Source of the DNA: Oopsacas minuta
Lineage: Eukaryota > Animalia > Porifera
Length of the DNA stretch: 64,000 bases
Assembly: GCA_024704765.1 (NCBI GenBank)
Contig: JAKMXF010000353.1
Location: forward strand, 68,925-132,924
Reading direction: 5' to 3'
Under the pieces are notes generated by a model. That model was not told where the DNA came from and ran no database searches. It was given only the letters and a program-made list of their open reading frames with translations. The translations under genes and the position numbers were made by a program. How positions within the stretch are numbered: the first letter of the stretch is position 1; every line of letters starts with the position of its first letter. Below are positions 43,522-55,213 of this stretch, piece after piece.

Positions 43522-45459
43522 ATGGCTGAGAAGTCTATTGGAGGGGCACCGGAATTATTAATAGACCTAGAACAACCACTCCTACCAGAGATAGGAAGAG
43601 AATTATGTCGAGTCAGAGTCAGAGATTCAGACGTTAAAGGCAAACAGGGTTCGGGAGAAGCACACGTAATCCGAACAGATTCCCTAAATATGGGAGGGAT
43701 CCCAGGGACCACAGGATATAAATCAGACAGAGAAGAATTTCGAGGTTATGGGAGAGATATTCTAACAGAAAATTTAGCGGAAAGAGAGAGTACATTCCTG
43801 TTATGTAATCGTTGTAAAGGAATTATGAGAGAGGCTTGCATATCAACTAACGGAGACAATTTTGTGAGTGTTGTAGGAAACGTGAAGAATTTTACAACTT
43901 GTATGAAAGCTATGAACAAACATTCCGAATACACATGTGAGGAACACAATCCTCTCTCTCAAGTGCTCGTGTCCTTTACTAGAACGGGGCTGTGAGTGGC
44001 TAGGAACACTAGGAGAATGTGAGAACCATCTTGATGTGTGTAGTCATGTTCATGAGAAATGTAAACTATACTGTGGAATAGTGTTACCACGTGAGGAACT
44101 GAAAATTCATATGAAGGAAAAGTGTGAATATCGTAAAGTAGCATGTGAGGATTGCAAGAAAGATTTCGAATTTTGTGATATGTTAATACACCAACCAAAA
44201 TGTCCAAAGGTTCGACTGAAATGTAAAGAAGGATGTGGCACAACCGTGGATCGTGAGGATATGGCACAACATCTAGAGAAAGATTGTGGTCGTGTGGTAG
44301 AGAAATGCAAACTAGGATGTGGAAAAATAGTACCACATGATGAGCTCAATATGCATGTGAATGAAAAGTGTTTACAACGAATGATTACATGTGAGTACTG
44401 TCATATAGATTTCAAAGCTTGTGATATGTTTCAGCACCAGGCAAATGTCCAAAGGTTCGACTGAAATGTGTAAAAGGATGTGACACAACATTGGATCGCG
44501 AGAAAATGGCACATCATCTAGAGAAAGATTGTGGCCGTGTGATAGAGAATTGCAAACTAGGATGTGGAAAGAAGCTACCACGTGATGAGCTCAATATGCA
44601 TGTGAATGAAAAGTGTTTAGAACGTATAATACCATGTGGGTACTGTCATATAGATTTCAAAGCTTATAACAAGTCTTACCACAATAAAAAGTGCAAAAAA
44701 ATGCCAATATCATGTGAACTAGGATGTGGCATACTGGTGTGTCGTGAGGACATGGCACGACACATAGAGGAGGAATGTGTAGAGAAGAAGGTAGAGTGTC
44801 CGTTTATACAGTACAAGTGTGAAGTAGGACTAATCAAGAGGAAGGAACTCAATCAACATTTGGAGGAGAAGAGGACTGAACACACAGAATTGAAACTCAG
44901 TGCTATGGAAGAGATTGTTGTGCAACAGAGCGAAATGATTAATAAAAAGAACGAAAGAATTAATACACAGGATAAAATGATTACTAAACAGGATAAAATG
45001 ATTACTAAACAGGATAAAATGATTGCCAAACAGGATAAAATGATTGCTAAACAGAGTGAAAGAATTGCTATACAGAACGAACAACTTAAAGCGCTATTTT
45101 CCAACGCCAATACCATTAAGTTAGAATGAAGAATTCCAAACGTGGTAAAATTTATAAAATATTGCACTCCCTCAACTTCTCAACAATTTCGAGTTGATAG
45201 GTTTAACTTTACTTTAGAGCTAATATATGGCTCAATATACATTCATTACCCGCGACAGAAATTATCTAAAGTCAAAGTACATTTTATATTTCGTATTATT
45301 AGCCCTAGCAACTCTGATGCCATTTGGGAAACTAAAAGTAATATAATAGTAATAAAGCAGAAAAGTGGCGAAAGATATGGTATTGCTAAAATCCCTCCAA
45401 GAGAAGAATTCATCAGAGATAATGGTATAGATCTTGAAATATTTGTAACTTTACTCTAA
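43522..45459 (+). pseudogene. TRAF-like locus 6, disrupted
   Basis: Frameshifts near 43855 and 44440; TGG-to-TGA at 45127-45129 (LEW becomes LE*); MATH continues to 45459. Confidence 0.85.
44968..45051 (+). repeat. Four 21-bp tandem units encoding QDKMI(T/A)K heptads
   Basis: CAGGATAAAATGATT(AC/GC)(T/C)AAA x4. Confidence 0.9.
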
Positions 45460-45879
45460 ACAAAGTTATTACTAGTTACCAGTTGTTAATACATATGAAT
45501 ATTGCTGTTAGTTAATCTTCTATCTCTTGTATAGTTAATTCCTTACTCGGTATTGAATAATACAGTAGACTAAGCTTAATGCTAGCCTCGATAATCTGTT
45601 ACTTTGTACCTAAAATAGAGTGATAACTGGAGACATTTGGATGCAAATTTCGTTGCTAACCTACCTTTCTGTATATTTCTAAATTGTTCGATATTCCTTA
45701 TATTTCCAAAGGAATTCTCAAAATATTTTCATTTCCCACTTTCGAAATATCGAACTGATATTTGCCGTATCTACTATCAGGAAATTTTCTGCTATTTCGT
45801 ATTGTATTGGAGATTTTAACAGATACTAATATTAGCCAAAAATTGTCTGATACACAACTTATCATTATCAGGATGTCAT

Positions 45880-46090
45880 ACTTACCAACCCTTTAAAACT
45901 ATTTCCCTGGATGCATTTCTCAAAATCCCTGGGTCTTCCAAAAATTCCCTGGATTTCAAATATTCTATGTAAAAACTATCAATTTTTCCCTCTTTTTAGA
46001 ACACATCCAAAATTCAATATTTCCCTGGATTTTCCATTATTCCTTGGATTATACGTCAAATCACTGGAAAATCCAGAGATCCCTGAATGT
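45880..46090. mobile_element. DNA-transposon subterminal region with repeated TTCCCTGGA
   Basis: About six variants of TCCCTGG within 200 bp. Confidence 0.45.
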
Positions 46091-47034
46091 TTGATAATTA
46101 TGGAATATGTACAATAGAATATAGTTGTATTACATTACGTATAGCTGTAATTATATAACTTGATATTATTTATATTTTATACACTTTCTGTTACTATTAT
46201 TCTATTTACTCTAGTAAAGATATCTCCAAATATTTATTAGTCTTAATTCAAGAAAAAGTTGAATAATTTCATTGCTAATTATTGTTGTTCAATTTTACAG
46301 CTCCTTGTAGCCACACTAATCCCCTGGAATAGGCTGTTACACCATAATCTTATTCGGATAAGACATAACTAACGGCCTGGCCTCAATTCCATATATACCT
46401 TTCTACAATACTAAATTGTATCCAATTCTATTGCAGACTAAAACATTATACTTAGTGGTTAGACCCTGTCACTTTAGCCCTGGATTTAGTTAGCCGAGTA
46501 ACTATTAACCGCTCTTATCCGTTAAGCACAATGATATCATATATTTGGTAATAATATTGCCATTTCTTAGACAAGATAAAAGGTTCAAATAGTCATCTTC
46601 ATCTAGTTTAGGCGCAATTATGCGATGATGTGTTCATTTATACCACTCGAGTGTTTTCATTTTTTGTGGAACAACGACAAGTAATATCCTAATTGATTTT
46701 AGATGTTTATTTTGTTCATTTACTTTACAATTAGGATTAATCCAAGTCCGACGATATCTTATTGGAAGAAGATTACACAATTTATAACTTGTACATGAAA
46801 ACAATATATTTATGATAAGTTTACCTATGAATCAATCGAAAACAAATATCTTGACGGGTAATTGATTGACGCAAATTTGTTGAATATTTATACCGTTAGG
46901 ATGATTGGAAGGAAATATTTAAAAAATTGAATCTATATTATTAAATCTCAATTTGTTGTTTTTCCGTTGATTTTTAAATATATTGTTGTTTTATGAATAG
47001 GCTTACTATAAATAGCTACCCAGGGGGAACTAAG

Positions 47035-47130
47035 TACGCTGAATCCGAATTGCGTTTCCAAGGTTCTCATATATAAATTTATTGTTGTTTTTACGAATAT
47101 AAAGTAAACAAATTGTTGAAATATGTATTT
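47035..47130 (+). repeat. Dispersed repeat GCTGAATCCGA(A)TTTCAC family
   Basis: Copies at 47035-47130, 50330-50400, 50470-50585 (inverted), 55686-55770, 55826-55900. Confidence 0.7.
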
Positions 47131-47629
47131 ATTAATTCAATTTTGCAATTTTATACTTTGCTAAGGTATAAAGTGCCGAGCTCCATGCGAACACAAAGTG
47201 TTCGCAAGCCCGAGCTCAAACAAGCAAAGCGGCTCGTATTTACAATTTTCATTGTTTTGATGAGTGAATTTGCTATGATGTCATATTTTGAATTGAGCCT
47301 AAACTAAATGTAGGCCTGGGGTTTGAACTTTTAACTAGTCTATCTTGATGCCTTGAAGTTTTGAACCTAAAGAAGTTCAACTCCCAAACATTATACTAAT
47401 ATTTTCTTTTACTGTGGTGTATACAACTAGACTTGTTTTTATTGTGATTCGGAAAGGAATGACATCTCGTCACCGTTCTAGCACTTCCTTGTAACGTAAA
47501 TTTCATCAATATTTTGATAAGTTTTGTATTTTGTGTCTTCAATTTTCTTTTATATACATCCCTATTATATTATAGTTTGATTATAATTATATTATTTCAC
47601 TAAATATTTGGGCTTCTTATTGTACTCAG

Positions 47630-47725
47630 TGGTCTTTAATATTCATAGTTTTATAGAAAGTCTCACAGATCCTATCACTTCGGATTGATGTAAACACAAT
47701 CTCCCTTTGATTTTACCTTCTAATT
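47630..47725 (+). repeat. Diverged dispersed repeat shared with 60288-60385
   Basis: CTTTAATATTCATAGTT...AGGTCTCAC.GATCC...TCCCTTTGAT.TTACCTTC in both. Confidence 0.65.
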
Positions 47726-49111
47726 TTGAATTTCTCTGGGAATTTGAAATTAATCAATAATTCATATCCAAATTCACATAAATATGCTCATTTTGGTAGG
47801 TAAGATTGGAAATAGCCATCCATATTATTTCAAATGCCTGCGAAATTCAACTGTTCCTATGGAAATCTTAACAATTAGACAAATGGCAACATTGAATGTT
47901 CTTAGTTTCGAATTTTCATTCGAAGGAATGACAGGGTCAAGAAGTAACTGAAACAGAGCATTCGTTCGACTCAACTAGATACCTGTTCAGTTCGTTTGGT
48001 CCATTTTACATACGATAGTTCTAGTTCATTAAAATTTCAATCAGAATAATCAAGTGATAAGTATTCTATTACAAGGTATCACCAATTAACATGAAGTGTT
48101 AAGTATATTGAAACGATGTGTATAAATGGACCATAAATCTTTTAAATACAACAATTTATCCAAATAACAAGAAGAAATACAGCATTTATTAAAGGCAAAT
48201 TTCTCATTGGATATTCATATTTCTATTACTAATAGTACTGCATGTTAGTAGACAACTACTGGAATTTAATAAGATATTACGATTGCAACACCTGCTGTAG
48301 CCTTAGGAATTTTTAGCTATAATATAATTATACATACATAGCATAACATTTAATATCAGACAGATATGTAATTGAGATTTAATAATACTTTCCACAGGTG
48401 CTAATCTAAGGCTACTGTTTTTTGGAAACTTGTTTCAGCTCCACCGCCTACATCTTATTTGGCTTCCGCATGAATATTGTCATTATTGTCATCATTTCAC
48501 CATTTACTCAAACTAGCTAATAGATCAATGTAAATGACTTTTTCTTCGTCCAGCATAGGATAATATCAAATTTGACTTCAGTCATTTTCATATTTTTTAT
48601 GGATGAACCAATTTTCCCGCTGATGCGTCACAAATCATGTCGCTTAAATGATAGGTTATGGTTCACTAACAACACTTAGTTTTGCATAATTTTGAGCTTA
48701 GAAATATTTAATACAAAATTATGAGAATTTGAATGAGACTAGACACTCAATTAATTATTGATACTAATAGAATGATGCTATGTTTCTGGGATATTTGGAC
48801 CTTTTCATAAATTATTGTTAAAGCAATGGTGAAAATTTAGTTAAACCTGATGTTAAAATGCTTTTTACTTAGGTTGTTTCTACGAAAAATTTCAGGAGTG
48901 CTTTAATTGATTCAGTTGTTCATGATATATTTACTATCATCATTGAACATTGGCGCAGCTAGGATCATGAGTCAGGGTGTGAAAGATGACGTCGTGGCTT
49001 TCATTCTCACCCGCCCCATACATTTCCTATTATGGTGGAGCAAAATCTGGGTAGGCACTATCCACTCACAAACTTAATATTTGCTTAACTTTCATTTGGT
49101 AGAATATTTGA

Positions 49112-49223
49112 TAACCGAAGCTGGGGATATTCATTGGTATAGCCGCAAGTAGGACCATATTCTGAGGGCCACCAAAATTGTCCTAGTTGCGCCTATGCCA
49201 TTGAATATCCCCAGCTTCGGCTA
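49112..49223. mobile_element. 112-bp MITE with 22-bp TIR
   Basis: TAACCGAAGCTGGGGATATTCA / TGAATATCCCCAGCTTCGGCTA (21 of 22 match). Confidence 0.85.
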
Positions 49224-52060
49224 TGGAATATTGGAGAATATTTACTGTTTGAAGCAGATTGAAATATATCCGTCAAAATGATAACAACTGTTCAAAATTT
49301 GTGTGGAACTAATCACAATAAATTCTGATCTAAATTCTAACGAAGCACCCACATTACCATTGGCGTAAATCCGTTCGGAAAAGTAAGGGGGATGATGTAT
49401 TATACTATAATTATCAATAAAGGTATAAATTCAAGATTTAGTAATTGTGGTGTCAGAAGTACACAAGGCTATCTACAACTATAAAATGAAAATTCCATAT
49501 ATTTTTCTAAATGATATAAAATTATAAATATATTTAATATTATTATAGTTCTGTTACAAATACTCCAATTATACAATTCTATTAACATAATTATGAAAAA
49601 GATTTGCTTTAAAAATACTCGGAATATACTCCTTTAGAGTGTCCTCGATCCTCTGACCCAAATGGGGGGAAATCCACCACAAAAAGTAGGGGGATATATG
49701 TATGCAGCATCCTCCCACCCAAAAGTGGGGGAGATGATTGTATGGAGCATCCCCCAAGTAAAAAAAGTTGGGGATATACGCCCATGCACATTACCTTACC
49801 CATCGATAATCCTCATATTACCCCACTTATGGTAATTACCCTGAGGGTTGGGAACCCCTGATCTGGTTTAATCAATACATATATTAATTTATATTCATGT
49901 AGATATCACGCTATCAATATCATGCTTTATGTTAATTACACCAGAGAGACTTATTGGATATTATTTAATCCAATTTATGAAACGATGATCCATCTCTATT
50001 ATGATGTAATTGATCTAAATTAGTGATAAAATGTTATTAATTATTAATTGTAGAATACTTGAATGTTTGACTTTAGACTAGTTTCTTAACACTCCACACA
50101 AATTAAGACTAATAAAAGGAAATCAGCATAATAACAATCTACAAATGTAATTTTCGTTGTGTCCTAAAATTTTAAACCTACTAATATTTAGAATTTATCA
50201 AGATCTATTCTAAAGAAGAACCAGACCTCTATGTGAATTACATACGTGTCTACATGTTTGGACAAAAATAAATCATCGTTTTTATCAAGAAAATAAACAG
50301 AATCCAAAAAGATTTGACAAAATACATGGAACATGCTAAATCCGATTTCACACTAAATAAAACAACAATAACAAAGTAATATGTACTGTTGTTTTTATTT
50401 ATACTGGTGCCCTTCGCTTGCTAGTTATAGAGCAAGTCTCTAACGATATTTTGAGATTTAGGTAATTTACACCACGGAAATAATTTGTATATTTACTTTA
50501 TATTCATAAAAACAACAAATAAATATGTATACATATGATTAATTCTAAAGTGTGAAATAGGATTCAGCATATTCGATATATTTAGTCAAGTTTTATTCAA
50601 TTATGTTTACTTTCTTTTTTAACACTATAATTGCAATACATAGCTATACTACATCTCAGAATTGAGGAATTCGAATTAATATAGCATTCCATAGATCCTT
50701 TCCTTGGTAACGAACAAACAAACAGACCATAAGCGTTGAATCCGGGGGAACTGTGGGGTCGAGCCCCCTCGTTTGGTAACAGCCCCATAAAGCTAATACG
50801 AAATATATCTGTGAGCCCCCTGATCGTCCATGTTGCCAGGAAGTTCGGCGCCCCTGAAACAATCAATAGTTTATTTTATTGAGAGTATAGGCCATAGTGT
50901 TTTGCTATACATAATGTCCAATAATTTCCACTAAATACCCCTTGGGATATAATACTCATAAACTCCAGTATTAATTATATAACTAAAGGATATGTAGCTT
51001 TGAAAGTTACGCCTTAGAGGCTGACTGGATACTAATTTATTTAGAGAGGATTATCCATCTCTATTACCAATTAATCAAGTTATTTATCATTACAGAAATC
51101 CAGAATATTTGGCTAGTTTTTTTCTCACTAAAATTTTTACACATTATTTGATTTAGTTAGACTACTACCAGCTGCTACCATAATTACTCTGGAGTTTTAA
51201 GTAACTTTCAACTGATAATTTATATCTTTTAAGGAAGTAATATTTTATTTGCAGTGAATGTTTAATACAAGTAAGAACAACACAAAGCGCTGGTTCACTG
51301 TTAGAGTTCAGATATTCTTTTTAAGTTGACATCCACTACATCTGCTCATTCTGGTGTTCAAGAGACACAAAAATGATCCAAGAAAATAATAAATTATGCA
51401 GAAATAATCATAGTTCATATTACGCAATAACTATGTAAGTTTCCCAATATTGTACATGACAATAAGTATTGCAAAATACTCGAACTATGCGAATATACGT
51501 TCAGTTTGTGTGAGTATTCAGCTCAATTTCTTTGCGAATGTAAATATCTTGTTTATACAATGATTATTGTCGAATTCGAGAATGCTATATTCGATTCAAC
51601 AGACGTAGGTACTAGCCATGAATGTGATCTTAGGTCGGAAATTGTGAAAATCAAACCTTCATATGAAATCACATTTTTAGCTGGAAATGAAATTTGGCCA
51701 TTTTTGCATTTATTCATAGCAAGGTTGCCAATCCAAGCCAATCTAATGGATTATTATTGCCGATTGCTGCATTTTCTTTCAGAATTTTGTCGCGAAGATT
51801 TGGGAAACCCTATGAGAATTCCAATAAAGAGATCTTGTGGTAATGGGATGGGAATTGGAATTGAAATTCCGTTTCCATCGAAACCGTTTCGACCTGCCCA
51901 CTTTCCAAATATGTGCGTGTCTGGATCCGTCCACATTAGCACAATCATTGCATATGGGAATTGAATTGGATTGATGAAATTTTCTTCGATCAATATGTTT
52001 CAATCTATTGTTTGCTTTCGAAATATTGTCCAATATGAACATAATAGAAGAGGTCTAGGG

Positions 52061-53389
52061 CAGTATTCCGCAAAGTGAGGTCCGTATGATGATTTTAGGG
52101 GTCCGCAGAGGGTCCATGAGAGCATTTACTTTGATTAAATAAGCATCCAATGATATCCTTGGAAATATCCTCAATATCTTTTTTGCTACGCAGATATTAT
52201 TATCAGAAACCTCAGGCGCCCTTGTAAAATAAGATTAGGGCAGTTTATAGACTATTGCAATGAGTATAAAAGAGAAGTATTTGAAAATCATCCTGTTTCA
52301 TTTCGATTTACAAACCAACTACGCTTCGTTTTATCTGCGTTTCATTGTATTTTCTAATATTTAACAAATCTGACGACATACAGCTTAGATTAATATACTG
52401 TAATAAAATTGAGATGGCCTCAAGCGGAAAATGTTTCATTTCATATCAAATCCCGTATATACTATCCAACATACCTCAAATTTGGTTTTATCGAGTCAAG
52501 AGTTGATGTTTCAAAACCAGAATGTGTAATCTGCAGTGAAATAATTCTAATGATGTGATGAAACCATCCAAACTCAAACGTCACCAAGAATCAAAACACC
52601 CAAGTACATTGAAGCTGGAGATTCAATCTTTTGAGCGGAAAAGGTTACTTTATGTATCAAACAGACCCCTACGATTAAGGATTCTTTTAGCATGACAAAT
52701 AAATATATCGAACTAGCGATCAAGGTTTCCTTTCATGTCAGTTTCAGTATTGCCAAGGCTTAAAAATCCCATAATATTGGGGGAAGAGCTGATAAGACTT
52801 GTTGTATCGAAATGGTGTCCATACTCCAAGGCGATGAAGCAGCCAAGAAGATATAATTGATACCATTATCGGTGGATACAGTAAGAGAAAAATCTACGGT
52901 AATGCTAGTGAAGAACAGTTAGTAAATGAAATTGGATATACAGATATCTGGATTAGCCCAAGGTAGGAAACTTGCACCGACTCTAGCCACAGTAGCAATC
53001 AAAGACACAATTTTGCCATTTGCAACCACCTACTTTTCGGAAAATGCGTTCAGTGCTGTGACAATGATTAAAACAAAATCAAGATATAGATTGGATATCT
53101 ACAATGATTTACGGATTGCACTCACTAAAATATCGCCCAATTTAATTTGAAAAATTGACAAATAGCATCCAAAGGCAAGGAAACCATTAATTACTAGGAA
53201 CATATTACATTACGAGACATTTTCATTGTAATATCAAACATGACTTATATCACTTGATTGTTGTCTAAGAAAATACATAGATTGTAACCATAAAATTTGG
53301 AAAATACAACACAAACCAATTGTTAGGGGTCCGCAAGGTTCGAAATGGAACAAAAAGGGGTCCGTGTTTGAAAAAGGTTTCGAACACTG
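52061..53389 (+). mobile_element. Internally deleted Charlie-group hAT transposon with intact 8-bp TSD
   Basis: GTCTAGGG at 52053-52060 and 53390-53397; CAGT.TTC TIRs; decayed transposase pieces KPECVIC...KPSKLKRH, SIAKA*KSHNIG, and dimerisation domain LPFATTYFSENAFS...RYRLDIYNDLRIAL. Confidence 0.9.
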
Positions 53390-53408
53390 GTCTAGGGCAG
53401 ATAAAGGG

Positions 53409-53575
53409 CATGGGCGTAGCCTGGGGGCGCCCAAAAATTCTCAGTATGCCCCTCCAAAATTATTGATTATATTAATCACACCAAGGGATAGTGGGATACT
53501 GGATAGATTTTTAGAGGCTGAGCCCCTCTCAAATTCTGCAGTCCCTTGAAAAATCCTGTTGCTGCTACGCCCATG
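53409..53575. mobile_element. hAT-type MITE
   Basis: TIR CATGGGCGTAGC / GCTACGCCCATG; degenerate 8-bp flanks ATAAAGGG / ATGAAGAG. Confidence 0.8.
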
Positions 53576-54880
53576 ATGAAGAGATAATCAGAAATCCCGA
53601 GGGCACTCTGTCCTCTGAAAAGAGATAGAGGCTAGCAAAAACACTGCTGTAAGTAGGGCATTTGGATCTTTCGATCAAAGATCGTGCGATCCGGATCTAG
53701 ATTCTTTTTGAGGATCTGAAGAGGATCGTCGATCCATTTGTAAAAGTAGGATCGGGATCGGGATCGGATGGATAATTTTCTGAAAAGATCCCAATCTTTC
53801 TAATATCTACAAGTAATAGTGCTGTTTCGCGCTATATTCTTAATTTAGACTGATTAACGAGCACAAGTTGTTAATAACTCGAAACTTTCAATTCAATCCA
53901 AAAGGAAGATTAGAATAACAACGCACAGTCGAAACCTGTTTTTCGTACTTATCGGTTGTTTTAACTTTATGTATTTCTCAGATTGTGAATAATATTGGAT
54001 TTACGTATATTCCCATCTTATTTTCAAACTACATCTGCCTGCAAATATCTGTTAGGAAATACCGGTTTCGGCAGTATGTAGAATTAAAGTTGTTACTACT
54101 ATATACTGACCATATTAAAGTGTAGAAGAGTGGCTAAAACTGTTTAAAACCAGTCATCTCTATTCAATTGCCATTATAAATAAAGAGCTTCATTTAGTGC
54201 ATTAAATTTTTACTTGAAGTGGCATATCAGAAACACTATCTGATTTCAACTTGTGAGAAAAATTTACTTATTAAAACAGTGTGATATATATATATATACT
54301 ATTAATTAGATCAGCTCCTTCTCAATCTATGCCATGGGGTAACTACTAGCCAGTGTGGTGGCTCGTGGAGCAAACTGTAAAGTAATGTATGAGAGCAATA
54401 ACAAAAACAGTAAATTTATCTATACAGCAAAGAAATTAGATGAGATTGGGAATGGGAAATAATAAATAGACTTTTGTATTTTAAATATTATTTTACATGT
54501 TTTATTGCTTAACAGCATTGTGCCTCGAATTGTCGCACCACCTGCTTAATATTACATATCTGTCTGAGTATGTATGTATAATTATTAAATAGCTAAAAAT
54601 TCCTAATGATACAGAATGCAGGAGTTGCAATCGTAATATCTTATTAGTTTCCAGTAGTTGTCTACTAACATGCAGTACTATTAGTAATAGAAATATGAAT
54701 ATCCAATGAGAAAGTAATTTCGAGCTAAGTCTGGCATATTATTAATTAAAATGATTTAACCGAGTTTCGTTAATGAATACCCATTAATAAGACTATAAAT
54801 AATTGCAAATTGAATTAATTTAATAATAAAATTACAAACAAATATAAGGCTACGCGGGGAAGCTGCGCGCGCGTACGTGA

Positions 54881-55213
54881 CTAATCCACTACGACAAATT
54901 CTCCATACTCATCATCTTCATCGCTGGAGTGGCTGTGTTTGATGAGATGATCTTTACTGCTATGCAAGTAGACAACTTCTTGCTCCAGACAAATTAATTC
55001 ATCTACCAGGATTGCGCGCAGCTCCAATAATCTCTCTAGTTCTGTTGCTTTTCGCATGCGGCTATCTTTGCGATATTTTTTCATTTTAATTTTTCTCCTT
55101 AGTTTTTTTATTTCTTGCTGTTCAGGTTTGGAGACATTTTTGTATTTCAATTTCTTATTTAGATCTTTTATGTCAAGGCTTACTATTTCTGCTTCCGTCA
55201 TATAGCTTGTCAT
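54881..55213 (-). CDS. Small Maf-like bZIP protein, 110 aa, intronless
   Basis: Extended homology region MTEAEIVSLDIKDLNKKL (Maf: L.DEEL..MSVRELN..L), basic region KKLRRKIKMKKYRKDSR, five leucines at heptad spacing. Confidence 0.75.
   Translation of the reverse strand: MTSYMTEAEIVSLDIKDLNKKLKYKNVSKPEQQEIKKLRRKIKMKKYRKDSRMRKATELERLLELRAILVDELICLEQEVVYLHSSKDHLIKHSHSSDEDDEYGEFVVVD

Noticed and set aside
33594-44581. Repeating Zn-finger DNA as a CRISPR array, and recurrent antisense ORFs (MPHSSSH..., MVLFFHIL...)
   Set aside because: Repeats are in-frame coding units of 78-84 bp in a eukaryotic gene; the antisense ORFs simply mirror them.
49569-52042. ORFs at 49569-49803, 50597-50866, 51506-52042
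   Set aside because: They lie in MITE ends and GGAATT-rich repeat DNA; no domain signal or coding bias.
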